Below, piece after piece: positions 43,426-57,078 of a stretch of DNA of 64,000 nt; positions within the stretch are counted from its first letter, which is position 1, and every line of letters begins with the position of its first letter. The notes beneath the pieces are model-generated. The model did no database searches, was not told where the DNA came from, and saw only the letters and a program-made list of their open reading frames with translations. This stretch comes from Macrostomum lignano (taxonomy: Eukaryota). A program made the position numbers and the translations under genes. Location: the NCBI GenBank assembly GCA_002269645.1, contig NIVC01002338.1:1-64000 (forward strand), given 5' to 3'.

Positions 43426-46400
43426 TCAAACAACAGACACCTGCAGTACTGAACTATTATCCTCGGATCGAGTTGCTGCTATCGCTGAACTTGCCGCAGC
43501 GTTGACTGCGCCCGAATCCGAAGTGGCGGTGACGGCGGCGGTGTCTTCAAACAGAATGCCCATCAGTTCGCTCTCCTCGTCGCTTGTGGTATGCGAGCAC
43601 TTGTTGCCTAAATTGGCTTGCAGACCGCCGGCTCCGCTGCCACCAACCGTACCGTTGAACTCGTTTCGGAAGCGGCTCCGAAATCGATAATAATTGCACA
43701 GAGCTTGCACGCACTTTGCGCCGAATAGGAGCAGAAACTCCGACACTTCAACGAAAGTCACTAGCGACATCCCGGCCCACAGGCCGCCGATCCCACCGAG
43801 CTCGGAGAGTACCTCAACAAACGAATAAGACGGCGACTCGCGAATCAGCGTGCCCTTCGATTCTTCGGCGTAGACGTGCAGTTTAACAAAATTTTCGCGC
43901 ACGAATCTTAGGCTGGTGTTCCATGCGGTGGCCCGGTCCACCGCGCCGTTGGGAGTTCGGTTGGTGTAGTCCAGGATCAGGTCCAGCAGCGGGATGCCGT
44001 GAAATTCTCTGGTGCGAGATTCAGGAGGTTCCAGGACATTCCAGTCGTGTATATTTTTATTAGAGGCAAGAGGCTGTGTGCACCCTGGCGCACTTTAAGC
44101 GACATTGCCATACAACCGGCGAAATGACTTACTGCCCATTCCGCCGACTCCCCTGACCAGGCACACTAGCTCGCGGATGCGTATGCAGTCATACGCACAG
44201 GCACACACACACAGTGTGTACAGCGTGCCTTAAGGGTTGGCCCTCAAGGGCGTTAAATGCACGAGCAGAGCCAAGCCGATCTTCCAATTTAGCCCCAAAT
44301 TAATGCGACTGCACTTGGAATCGAACCTGGGCCGCGCTATAGTACATCAGAACGTAGAACATAGGCTGCGCCCCCCCCCCCCGAGAGAATAGATGAGATA
44401 AGAGATGAAAAGAGAGAAGAGTGAGATGAGAGATGAAGGGAGAGAATAGATGAGATGAGATATGAGGGAGAGACGAGATGAGATGAGAGATGAAAGAAGA
44501 GACGAGATGAGATGAGAGATAACAGGAGGGAAGAGATGAGATTAGAGATAGCAAGAGAGAAGAGATGAGAGAGAACTCCAGCCCTAACGTCCATCACATT
44601 AAATGGCTCTCAACTTACCTGTCAGCCAGAGAGCCCCTCGGTCCCATCACAAAGGTGTGCACAAACGCTTCCAAATCTGAGTAGGCAGGCCAGGGTGCGG
44701 CCGAAGCAGAATAGGCATAACTGTTTCGCTGGCACTCCTGCACTCGAGCACAGTCGGCCACAAACTTGTTCGACATAGTCTGTCGAACTCGTCGTTCAAC
44801 TTCGATGTACTTTTGCAACTGGCGCAGCTTGCGACTTGCCCGACTGGCGAAGTCAACGTTAGGCGTCGCTGGCGCGGAGCTGAAGTCTACGTAGTGGCAG
44901 AGTCTGGAGCGATTCGTGTTGGGCAGAAAGGTGGACTCGCAGCCGCACAGGCGTCTCAGAGTGGCCTGCCACAGCTGCACCACACAGTCTTGGCTGCGGC
45001 GCTTGAACTGCACCTGCTGATGCGGCTCCGCCACCTGCGACAGTATGTTAATCGAAATGTAGCTTTACCTTCTACTTCCAGTGGCTCTTGGATGAAGACA
45101 TCTGCATGTCATCATTTCACAGCAGCTATAGTCGTGCCAAGACTACCCATTTGATCTACGTTCTTCTCTGACCTGACCCTGTGACCCAATTGGGCCAGAT
45201 GTGCAACCGACGGCTCAGCCGCAGCTATTGCGCGGCGCATCTGAAGGCTGCGTACGGCTGCGTACGTCCGGACGTCCGGTCTGGTTGTCAACACGCTGAA
45301 GGCCGACATCCCAGCGAACCTAACGTGCCGCGGCGAAGATGGGCAGACGACCAAGCCAGCGGCTCACCTACCTCAACAGTCTGGTGCCATACGTGGAGGA
45401 AGGACTTGCCTGAAGCGGCCTTCCGTTTGATCCGAGCCGTCCCCCAGTCCAAAGCGCTGCCCGACCGCCAGAAGGCTCGGCTGTGGAAGGCGGTGGTCGA
45501 AACCGTCCTGCTCCACAACGCCGAAACGTGGACGCTGACGGCTACGATGGAGCGGCAGCTGGACTCAGCGCACTCAGGGCTGCTCCGTGCGGCCTTTCGA
45601 GCTGACGAGAGCGTCGGAACCGAGGCCCTGTACGATCGGACCAAGCTGCAGCGCCCGTCCATCATCTTGCGCCGGCGGCGACTTCAACTGGCGGGCCACG
45701 TGATCCGGGCCGAGGGCTTCTGCCCCCACCCTGCTCAGGACATCCTGCTGCTCACCTTGCAGGGCCCGTTTAGGCGGGGTCAGGCCCGAACCCGTGGATA
45801 CGTGGACTGCCTCCTATGCGACGTCGGGGCGCCCGACACTGCCAACGGAGCGGACTTCTTCCGCTCTCAGGCTCTGTGGCCCGGTGACCTGCTCTAAGTG
45901 TGACCTTGCATGCGGGGCTGCGTATTTTGTTGTTGTTGTTGTACGGCTGTTCAGTCCAAGGACTGGGGGGGGGTCGCCACACCCACCCTTAATACCCCAG
46001 CTAATGCTGGCACCCTTTTTACAGCTGCTTCAACTGAAGCAATGCAATGTACTCAGGAACACTTTCGAACTTCGAACTTTCGAACTTCCAGTCGTGAGTC
46101 ATACGCTCTAACCGCTAAGCTGGCTACAGCCCTAGCTTCCTTAGCTTCTATTAAGCTTTTAAGGTATTAAGAAGTAACAGCATTAGGAGAAGCTATACTT
46201 GGTATTTTTACTATTGTGATTATTAGAGCTTATAATATACAACAGAAACTCCACTCCAGCGGAGGGGCAAATGGCTAGTCCACTATACTATTTTGTCAGT
46301 TCACCTTAACTCACCCAATAGGACACGCTACCGTAATTGTCAACACAACGATTGCCGGACCGATTCACGTAGACAGTTTGCGTCATTCGAAATCTAAGAT

Positions 46401-49400
46401 CGGAGCTCCAGCCGTTGCCAACGTCCACCCCATCCCAGTACAGGTGCGGATAGGTGTCCGGCTCGTGTAGCAGCACTCGGATACCGCTGGAGCTCTGGGC
46501 TCCGGCTTTGCCAAACACTGTGCTCAACTGCTCCATTACGGTGCGTCTTCTTGTTGGCGGATAAGTGATAACGTAGTCGCCCGTTTCAGAGATCTCCCCC
46601 TTTGGAACTGTGCTGGTGTACAGAATGAGCTGCAGCCCGTCAGACGGACCCGTGCCCTGGACGCTTCGATCTCTGCGTGCACAGGGTGTGGGAAATTGAC
46701 TGCTCAAGTTGAGCTCACTATATTTGTCACTTTCACGAGGTTGATTTTCTGAAATCGCTATTGAGTAATCCGGAAGTTACTGTACGATTCATCTGGGGAA
46801 TTGTTTGGCTATTTGTCCATTTAGCGGTAGCTACTGGGGAATTACTAATACCTACTAAGGAATGACTTACACGTAGCTACTAGGGGATTACTTACACGTA
46901 GCTATGCTAGGGAATGACTTACACGTAGCTATGCTAGGGAATGACTTACACGTAGCTACTGGGGAATTACATACATAACTAACTAACTAACTAAGTCAAC
47001 CGGCGCCTCAGCCTATGAGCAGGCTCTTACGCCACTAGAAATAATTGGGTTCCAGATTAGGAGTGTACGAATGTACACAAGTTTCTAAGCTAGAGAGAGA
47101 GTGACTGTGGCCAACAAGCTGAGCAGGCAACACCAGTCGGGCAAAGGGCGGGCCCTACTACCCCCTGCCTTCGGGGCATTAAGCCTACTCCAAGCTCAAA
47201 TCAAAACCTCCCGGGGGCCAGAGGGAACCATTCAGGGAAGCCCGTGCCTTTTTCTGGGTTAGAAATGCCAAAAAACCGGTCATATGACCGCCCCCACGGC
47301 CGTGGCAACCCGAAGGAGCCTCCCCACCCACTAAACCCCGGGTACTCTTGCCAGACAGTCCCTTATCTTTGAAGCGGAAGGAGGGCTTATCGCCGGGACT
47401 ATTTCACCCTTTGCTTCGCCAACCCGCCATTTTTATAAGGCCGTGCCAACGGCCCCGTCCTGGTCATCCACTATTACCCTCCAACCCAGCCTACTAACTC
47501 ATTACAAGCTTTCAGCCAGGCAGAGACAAGTTTCACAGGGGTACTGCGGTTAGACGTCTCTATGCGAGACAAAACCACTGGGGAATTTCTATACATATAG
47601 TTCCTCAGAGGCTAAAAATCCTGTGGATTAGCCTTAATTGACTAACCTGTATACTAACATTTCCGTATCTGAAACTACTAACAGTAGCGTAAAAGCAAAT
47701 TTTCGCAGTTTTCAACTCACTTCGGCCTGAAGCTCCAGCAGTTCCAATAGTGCGCGCTCTGCAGCAACTCGAAGTCCTCGGCTCGGCAGAGAGCCTCTTG
47801 TAGAAGCAGCCAACCAAGCCGAGAGAGATGTTGTACCCGAGACCAGCCGTGGGCCGGCTAGCCCAGTAGTGCTGCAGAAATTGATACCAGTTAAAGTAGT
47901 CATGCGTGCTAAACAAACTCTTTAATCTTCTTGGACTGCCTGCGTACATCTTGCTGTACACCTGGCGGAGATCTTCGAGAAGACTGGCCATGCTGGCCTC
48001 CGCGTCTTGCCTTGTCTGGCTGTTGTAGTGCAACAGGTACTGCGGCATCGGCTTCAGGTTGCAGATGGTGACGTCAGGAAATACCGTGTCAACGCCTTGG
48101 TTCAGAATGAGAGTGTTCACCGGGGTGAGGATGAACTGCGAGACTGTCAGGTAGACATGGTAGCATCCGGCTGTGGTGGTCAGGCAGGTGAGGGCCAGCC
48201 AGAATGCCCGCCTGGCGTAGCTGTCCACCTGAGAGTTATTAATGAGTGACCGTATTGAGGCTTTTTGTGCGGTTAGAAACTGCCCGAAGCGGCACGCTGA
48301 GACAAGCTAGGGTTATCTGAGATAAGTTGAGATTATCTGGGACAAATTGAGATTATCTGAGACAAACTGAGATTATCTGAGACAAATTGAGATTATCTGA
48401 GACAAACTGAGATTATCTGAGACAAACTGAGATTATCTGAGACAAGCTGAGATTATCTGAGACAAGCTGAGATTATCTGAGACAAATTGAGATTATCAAG
48501 GACAAGCTCCGATTGCCATACGCTTATAAAGCACATGTAAACAGATGCAAACCTGAAAAATCAAAGGAAAAAGCAGACGTGAAACAGACGGCCGGGCATG
48601 CATTAATTAAATATTTTTTCCAGTATTAGACAAGTGCTAAAACGCTCAAGAGCTCAAACTGAAGTGATTGAGCACGCATCTGTGCATTCATTTATGAGTC
48701 GAGATTTTCTTCTTGAGAAGTGCCATTTCACAAATTGCTTTTTGTAGCTTCAAGATTTGAGCAATTTTTATATCATAATAGGTTTCCTAGAAAATATAAT
48801 CCCCACGGATGCGGAGAAAACTCAAATCAAGTTATGCCAAATAGCTGAGTTCCTATCCATGAATATTCATCAGCTAATGACCCGTAACCAAGGACATTCT
48901 GCAGTGTAAAGGCCGGCTACGCAAAGCTTTATATATATGTATGTGTGTATGTGTTTGGACTTACTGTTGAATTCAATATAATTATAATCTAACTATTTTA
49001 TCAGCCATAAAGTAACGTGTGTGCGATACAACACGATCAATATTCATTCATGTAAAATTTAGCACTTTTGTAGCTAAACGACACTTATGACAACCCGATC
49101 TGACACCCAATTCGACACTTTTGATACCCGATTCGGCACTTCTGACACCCGATTCGGTACTTCTGACACCCGATTCGGTACTTCTGACACCCGATTCGGC
49201 TCTTCTGACATCCGAATCGGCACTTCTGACACCCGATTCGGCACTTCTGACACCCGATTCGGCACTTCTGACACCCGATTCGGTACTTCTGACACCCCAT
49301 TCGGCACTTCTGACACCCCATTCGGTACTTCTGACACCCGATTCGGCTCTTCTGACATCCGAATCGGCTCTTCTGACATCCGAATCGGCACTTCTGACAC

Positions 49401-50122
49401 CCGATTCGGCACTTCTGACACCCGATTCGGCACTTCTGACACCCGATTCGGTACTTCTGACACCCGATTCGGCACGTCTGACACCCGATTCGGCACTTCT
49501 GACACCCGATTCGGTACTTCTGACACCCGATTCGGTACTTCTGACACCCGATTCGGCTCTTCTGACATCCGAATCGGCACTTCTGACACCCGATTCGGTA
49601 CTTCTGACACCCGATTCGGCTCTTCTGACACCTCATTCAGCACTTCTGACATCCGGTTTGACACAATTTTGACACTAAATTTATTTTTTCTGACACCTAG
49701 ATGACACCCATGCAGCATCAGCTGACACCCATGCAGCATCAGCTGACACCCATGCAGCATCAGCTGACACCCAGTGCAGCATCAGCTGACACCCAATGCA
49801 GCACCAGCTGACACCCGATGCAGCACCAGCTGACACCCAGTGCAGCACCAGCTGACACCCAGTGCAGCACCAGCTGACACCCAGTGCAGCACCAGCTGAC
49901 ACCCAATCTCACCTGGAACAGCTGCGCCACTCCGTGCATGCTGGTGTTGTCGGCAAACCGGTTAGCGAAAAGGAAAACGCCCTTCATGGCTACCCTGGCG
50001 GCCGCCGCTGCGTCCGCCTTGGCCCGAGACTCGTTGCTATTGGCAACCGCCAAGCCGGCGGGTTGATTATTTTCAAACGGATTTACGTTGATCAGCGAAT
50101 CGGCAGCTCGTGCAGACGCCAT
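43426..50122 (-). CDS. DEG/ENaC (amiloride-sensitive) cation channel subunit
   Basis: Exons (minus) 50122-49913, 48228-~47650 (donor ambiguous: 47721, 47659 or 47647), ~46690-46315, 45034-44619, 44008-43426. Motifs FADNTSMHG (HG), TM1 RAFWL..., FPDVTICNLKP, GPSDGLQLILY, GIRVLLHEPDTYP, DC..QLWQ...LCGC, NFVKLHVY, TM2 LSELGGIGGLWAGMSLVTFVE. Confidence 0.88.
44388..44575. repeat. GA-rich (GAGAT)n-like tract in a DEG/ENaC intron
   Basis: Low-complexity purine tract. Confidence 0.8.
45150..45941 (+). mobile_element. Degraded, 5'-truncated non-LTR retrotransposon (RTE-like) remnant, antisense in a DEG/ENaC intron
   Basis: GLVVN (late RT), KAVVETVLLHNAETWTLT and RRRRLQLAGHVIR match the RT thumb/C-terminus of RTE-type LINEs; frameshifts and stops upstream; (TTG)n tail at ~45928-45941. 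Confidence 0.75.
46832..46975. repeat. Short ~26-bp array ACTTACACGTAGCTAYKRGGGAATG
   Basis: About 5 units. Confidence 0.8.
48298..48505. repeat. 20-bp array GAGATTATCTGAGACAAAYT
   Basis: About 9-10 units in DEG/ENaC intron 1. Confidence 0.9.
49092..49675. repeat. 21-bp array TTCTGACACCCGATTCGGCAC
   Basis: About 27 units. Confidence 0.93.
49700..49906. repeat. 22-bp array GCTGACACCCAGTGCAGCACCA next to the exon-1 donor
   Basis: About 9 units, each containing CAGCTG. Confidence 0.92.
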
Positions 50123-50574
50123 CTTTTTTATGAGTTTACGCAAAGCTTTCGAATTGGACAAAATTATGGCATATGAGAACTGTTGCAATTTTAAGTGCTA
50201 GGACTGAATACTTAATAGCTGTTCCGTTTGGCACCGCTATTGGTCAGCTGATCAGTTGGAGCCACTAGCAGAGCAGCCAACCCCCCCCCCAATATGCAGG
50301 AGGGCATGAAGCAGTCGTGAGCTGGTACTCACTCGCGAACCCCGTTTTTTGTTTGTCACCCCCGATCTGCCAATTATGCAAAAGTGAGACAAAATTCTGC
50401 GTATCGATCATATAAATATACAGTCGCGTGTTGTTAGGGCCAAACTGCTCAGACCTGAAAGCATTCAGCAGTTAGTAGAGAGTAAACTCGCTCAATGTAT
50501 GCTTTTTGTAGTTGGAAACCGCGTATAGTTGGAAGTTGTATTTGCGGGCAGCTGCTTACAATTTAGACGCAGTA

Positions 50575-50870
50575 CTGCTTCTGGAGAGGCAGATTCCTGC
50601 GGGAGGAGCGGCCGAGGCAGATTCAGGGACTGAGGGAGGAGTGGAGAGGCAGATTCAGGGACTGAGGGAGGAGCGGAGAGGCAGATTCAGGGACTGAGGA
50701 AGGAGCGGAGAGGCAGATTCTGGGACTGAGGGTGGAGCGGAGAGGCAGATTCAGGGACTGAGGGAGGAGTGGAGAGGCAGATTCAGGGACTGAGGGAGGA
50801 GCGGAGGCAGATTCAGGGACTGAGGGAGGAGTGGAGAAGCAGATTCAGGGACTGAGAGAGGAGCGGGGGA
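50575..50870. repeat. 32-bp array GATTCAGGGACTGAGGGAGGAGCGGAGAGGCA
   Basis: About 9 units upstream of the DEG/ENaC ATG. Confidence 0.9.
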
Positions 50871-51769
50871 AATACAGGAAGCTGAGTCACGAAACTCACG
50901 CAGGTGTGAGCAAACACACTAAACAAGAGTCGCTTATTTGCAATTCCTATAATTAAATTCTGTGGATGAGAAGATGGAGTATAGAACAGTTTAATTATTA
51001 ACGAGCTAATATGATCTGCTCATATCCGACAGAATTTTTATGGGATGATTGAAATTGAATTCTATTTATTCCCTATAAGGTATACCGCGTATGCGCGAAC
51101 GTTTTTGTTCCTTGTGAAGTCACCAAATTAGAAGTAATTTGTTGAAATACAGAGGGCATTGTCCTTGAATGTCATGAAGACTGGCAGCAAAGTGCAAACT
51201 GCTACAAATACTGCTTTTGACGTGCTATGTGAATTACTGGGCATGCAAAACAGAACGGTCGATTAGAGTTCTATGGTCAAGCGGTTGAATTAACTCGAGA
51301 AATTAAGCCATAGACAAATCGATTTGTCATGCTATATGGAGCGATGAGGCAGAATAGGAGTTAAGTTTTTTCACAGAGACATCAAGGCACTTTCATTTTC
51401 TATCAGTTAATCGAGTTAAGCTAGGAGGGGTCTGCAAATTCGTGTACACGATTTCCGTACACGCCTTCAACGTCGCTGCTATCAACTGGGTAGTTTTTAA
51501 TTTTATGTATGGCCCTTCTATCGTAGCGTACGGAGATCACTGAGAACCATCGAAATAGAATTTTTAGAATTTTTAACACGAATCCTGAGGGAGAGACACT
51601 TGAGCAGTGGAGATTCACTGCAAACCACTGCTGACAAGTGCGCTGGGTAGGAGCCGTGCTGCAACAGATAGTTTAAATTGTCTGCAGCGACATCTGTTTT
51701 AAGAGTTGACCTTTTGTAAATTTTGATGCCTTCCATTTGTGACAAGTATTCTTTATTTCTTTTTGTCAA

Positions 51770-53100
51770 AAGTTGATGAGCGATTCTTGAATGATTGATG
51801 AGCGATTCTCAAATGATTGATGGGCGATTCTCAAATGATTGATGAGCGATTCTCAAATGATTGATAAGCGATTCTCAAATGATTGATGAGCGATTCTCAA
51901 ATGATTGATGAGCGATTCTCAAATGATTGATAAGCGATTCTCAAATGATTGATGGGCGATTCTCAAATGATTGATGAGCGATTCTCAAATGATTGATAAG
52001 CGATTCTCAAATGATTGATGAGCGATTCTCAAATGATTGATGAGCGATTCTCAAATGATTGATAAGCGATTCTCAAATGATTGATGAGCGATTCTCAAAT
52101 GGTTGATGAGCGATTCTCAAATGATTGATGGGCGATTCTCAAAAGATTGATGAGCGATTCTCAAATGATTGATGGGCGATTCTCAAATGATTGATGAGCG
52201 ATTCTCAAATGATTGATGAGCGATTCTCAAATGATTGATGAGCGATTCTCAAATGATTGATAAGCGATTCTCAAATGATTGATAAGCGATTCTCAAATGA
52301 TTGATGAGCGATTCTCAAATGATTGATAAGCGATTCTCAAATGATTGATGAGCGATTCTCAAATGATTGATGAGCGATTCTCAAATGATTGATAAGCGAT
52401 TCTCAAATGATTGATGAGCGATTCTCAAATGGTTGATGAGCGATTCTCAAATGGCTGTTGAGCGATTCTCAAATAGTTGATAAGCGATTCTTAAATGGTT
52501 GATGAGCGATTCTCAAATGATTGATGAGCGATTCTCAAATGGTTGATGAGCGATTCTCAAATGATTGATGAGCGATACTCAAATGATTGATGAGCGATTC
52601 TCAAATGATTGATGAGCGATTCTCAAATGATTGATAAGCGATTCTCAAATGATTGATGAGCGATTCTCAAATGATTGATGAGCGATTCTCAAATGATTGA
52701 TAAGCGATTCTCAAATGGTTGATGAGCGATTCTCAAATGGCTGTTGAGCGATTCTCAAATAGTTGATGAGCGATTCTCAAATGATTGATGAGCGATTCTC
52801 AAATGATTGATGAGCGATTCTCAAATAGTTGATGAGCGATTCTCAAATAGTTGATGAGCGATTCTCAAATAGTTGATGAGCGATTCTCAAATAGTTGATG
52901 AGCGATTCTCAAATAGTTGATGAGCGATTCTCAAATGATTGATAAGCGATTCTCAAATGATTGATGAGCGATTCTCAAATGATTGATGAGCGATTCTCAA
53001 ATGATTGATGAGCGATTCTCAAATAGTTGATGAGCGATTCTCAAATGGTTGATGAGCGATTCTCAAATGATTGATGAGCGATTCTCAAATGGCTGATGAG
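51770..53100. repeat. 22-bp array GAGCGATTCTCAAATGATTGAT (~60 units)
   Basis: Directly visible, intergenic. Confidence 0.96.
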
Positions 53101-53771
53101 GTAACAATAACAATCTTTAATGATAGAACAGCTCAAAACAGATTTAAGTGTTAGTATCGAAGACAGTAAATTAAGAAATATTATATTCATCTGTTTATTA
53201 GAGGGATTAGAAGGGTGCACATTTATAAGGCATTATAATCCGCTAAATACATGCACTAATAAGCATAAAGTCTTGAACATTATGGCACATAAACAAAAAT
53301 AATACAAAGGATTAAGAGAATTGCAGCTAAGCAACCTTTTACCAACTTACCAAAGGATAAAAACTTATTGCCACAACTCAGTGACTCAGTACAAATGTTA
53401 ATTAAATAAGCAGTGCGAGAAATAACTGAATTATGAAGTCCAGAAATGCTAATCACCTGAAGTGAAATAAAATAACGAAATTGAGTGCCTTTTGTTTGTT
53501 ACAGTCTCAGTGTGTTAATATGTTAATTAAAATGAGTTTTCACTGCTACTCAAAGATAAAGCAAGTATTGGAAAGGAAATCAGGATTTAATTCTCTTAAT
53601 TCGACAATGCTTCGCCAGATATAAAATCAATGCGTAAAAATATTAAAATTCTATGCATTTTATTACTCATAAAACTGGCTAATATACGCACACACTACTA
53701 TTGAATTTGAAGTCAGTAGCTGAACTGCGTTTTACTTCTACTAATATATTTATTCTATAATTTATCAAACT

Positions 53772-54245
53772 CGGGCGATTCATAAAGTGAATTATGGGTG
53801 ATTCTTAAGGTGGATTACGGGCGATTCTTAAGGTGGATTACGGGCGATTCTTAAGGTGGATTATGGGTGATTTTTAAGGTGGATTACGGGCGATTCTTAA
53901 GGTGGATTACGGGCGATTCTTAAGGTGGATTATGGGTGATTCTTAAGGTGGATTACGGGCGATTCTTAAGGTGGATTATGGGTGATTTTTAAGGTGGATT
54001 ACGGGCGATTCTTAAGGTGGATTATGGCCGATTCTTAAAGTGGATTATGGGCGATTCTTAAGGTGGATAATGGGCGATTCTTAAGGTGGATTATGGGCGA
54101 TTCTTAAGGTGGATTATGGGAAATTCTGAAGGTGGATTATGGGCGATTTTTAAGGTGGATTATGGGCGATTCTGAAGGTGGATTATGGGCGATTCTGAAG
54201 GTGGATTATGGGCGATTTTTAAGGTGGATAACGGGCGATTTTCAA
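53772..54245. repeat. 23-bp array GCGATTCTTAAGGTGGATTATGG
   Basis: About 20 units; shares the GCGATTCTYAA core with 51770-53100. Confidence 0.93.
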
Positions 54246-54423
54246 CTTAATTATCAAGTTTTTTATTTCAAATCCAAGAAAAGTCAAGCAAGAATAAATA
54301 AGTATATAGCTAGATAAAAATATTGCAATAACATTGCGCAAGCAGGTAATTCGATTGGCGGCTAAATTGAACTGTTAAGCATTTCTTGTGCAACTGTGCA
54401 GAAAGACACTGACTAACAGAAGT

Positions 54424-57015
54424 TCATTTGTACAACTGAATCCTGGCCTGGATAGGCTTGCGGCACATGTGACACTGCACCAGAGCTTGGGCGCAGTCTG
54501 TGCAGGCCTGGTGGCCGCACAGGAATGCCACAGTTCGGGGGTTGTCCATACAGATGCTGCACTCTTCATTAGCCACTTTCTCGCGCAGTCGCTGCAGTTC
54601 CTCTTGCATTTCGAATAAGTTGTTCTGCTGTCGGCCGCCCGAGGTGCCAGCCTCGGCTGCTGCGGCGGCCGCGACAGCGGGTATGAGGTCTTGATCGCGC
54701 AGCTTTCGCTCGATCGGCTGTTTGCAGCGCAGGCAGAGGCGCATCTTGGCTGAGCAATGGTCGCAGCTGATTCGGTGACCGCAGGGCTCGAATGTGACGC
54801 TGGACAAGTCGTCCTGGCACACCTGACACAGCGAGTCCGCGTCTGCCCGTTCCAGACTGAGCTTGCTGTGGAATCGAGAGAAGGGACGGTGGTTGAGATG
54901 TGGATTATAAAACACTGTGAACGATAATATGACCGTGTGAATGATCACACATCCGTGTGAATGATCACACATGCGTGTGAATGATCACACATGCGTGTGA
55001 ATGATCACACATGCGTGTGAATGATCACACATGCGTGTGAATGATCACACATGCGTGTGAATGATCACACATGCGTGTGAATGATCACACATGCGTGTGA
55101 ATGATCACACATGCGTGTGAATGATCACACATGCGTGTGAATGATCACACATGCGTGTGAATGATCACACATGCGTGTGAATGATCACACATGCGTGTGA
55201 ATGATCGCACATGCGTGTGAATGATCACAATTTTGTGTGAATGATCAAAAATTTGTGTGAATGATCACAAATTTGTGTGAATGATCACAAATTTGTGTGA
55301 ATGATCACACATCCGTGTGAATGATCACACATCCGTGTGAATGACCACACATGCGTGTGAATGATCGCACATGCGTGTGAATGATCGCACATGCGTGTGA
55401 ATGATCACAAATTTGTGTGAATGATCACACATCCGTGTGAATGATCACACATCCGTGTGAATGATCACACATCCGTGTGAATGATCACACATCCGTGTGA
55501 ATGACCACACATCCGTGTGAATGATCACACATCCGTGTGAATGATCACACATCCGTGTGAATGATCTCACATCCTTGTGAATGATCACACATCCGTGTGA
55601 ATGATCACACATCCGTGTGAATGATCACACATCCGTGTGAATTATCACAAATTTGTGTGAATTATCTAATCTTCCTTATCACTCACCGGTGAAACAAATT
55701 CAAACAGGTGACAATATCCGGTTCGTTGCCTAGCAACGACACAGCCGTCTGTCCTTTCCTATTGACGGCCCCCAGGTCGGCGCCAAGCTGCAGCATCCAG
55801 GCAGTCAGCACCAGCTTAGCCGGCATCGGTGCCTTCGAGTTCCAATCGAGCAGCGCCACAGTTGGCGCTAAAATCGGCGCCGCGTGCAAGCGGAACTCGG
55901 GCAGCTTACTGTACGGGCCGCTGCGCATCGCAGCGAAGTGGCAGGCCCGGTCCTGGTCTTCGTCGGCTGCGTTGACGTCGGCGCCACGATCGGCCAGGAG
56001 GCTGGCGACGGCCAGCTTGGCTTGGCACACAGCCAGCAGGAATGGCGTCTGGCCGCGCTGGTTGCGAATCTCCGCGTTGCAGCCGGCGTCCAGTAGGGCT
56101 CTGCAGGGGGCGCGGGGGGGGAATCTCGAAATTAATGAATTCTTAGAAAAAGTTGCTAATGTCATCAGAATGATGTAGAAACGAATGTAATGAAGTCAGA
56201 AACGAATGTAATCAAGTCAGAAGCGAATGTAATCAAGTCAGAAGCGAATGTAATCAAGTCAGAAGCGAATGTAATTAAGCTAGAAACGAGTTTGTGCCCC
56301 TGTGCCATATCCTCACCTGGCCACGGACACGTGTCCATTCAGCGCCGCCAAATGCAACGGCGCAAAACCGTCGTCTTTTCGTCGATTGCCGCAGTCTTCC
56401 GGTCCAAACCGGGCCAGCAGGGCGGCCGCCGCGCCAGCGTTGCCTTTCAGAGCGGCCTGGTGCAGCGGCTCGAATCCGCGCTTATTCCTAGAATGCGGCT
56501 TCAACTGCTGATGCTGCACCAGCAGGTTGAGAATGTCGGTTGACGCCCGGCCGATTGCGTCGTGCAGGGCGGTGTCTCCGTAGCTGTCCTGACAGTTGGG
56601 GCTGGCGCCCAGCTGCAGCAGGGCCTGCACGCAGTCCTTGTGCTGCTTGTTCACGGCTACGTGTAGAGCTGTGCAGCCGGTGTTGTTCTGGGCGTCCATC
56701 GGGGCTCCGGCGGCGGCCAGCAGTTTTATTGCGGCCGGCTGGTTGCCAAATGCCGCGTAGTGCAACGGGGTGTCCCGCTCCTCGTCTATGGCCGAGACCG
56801 ACGCCTTGTGCGATAGGAGCAGCTGCGGCAAAGGGAAAGGATGGTTGGAGGATGAGCCTGTACATGTTTCTGTGTCTGTCTTTGTGCTTGTCTGTCTGTC
56901 TGTCTGTCTGTCTATCTGTTGTCTGTCCGTCTGTCTGTCTGTCTTTTTGTCTGTCTGTCTGTCTGTCTGTCTTTTTGTCTTTCTGTCTCTGTTTGTCTGT
57001 CTGTCTGTCTGTCTT

Positions 57016-57078
<63 letters not shown>

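Noticed and set aside
47080-47570. GC-richer island in a DEG/ENaC intron with a CTTCGG tetraloop-like motif
   Set aside because: No ORF, TIR, LTR or stable stem could be supported; possibly a repeat fragment, left unassigned.
54935-55665. TGTGA...TCACA resembling a bacterial CRP site
   Set aside because: Spacer is 4 nt rather than 6, and the context is a eukaryotic intron.
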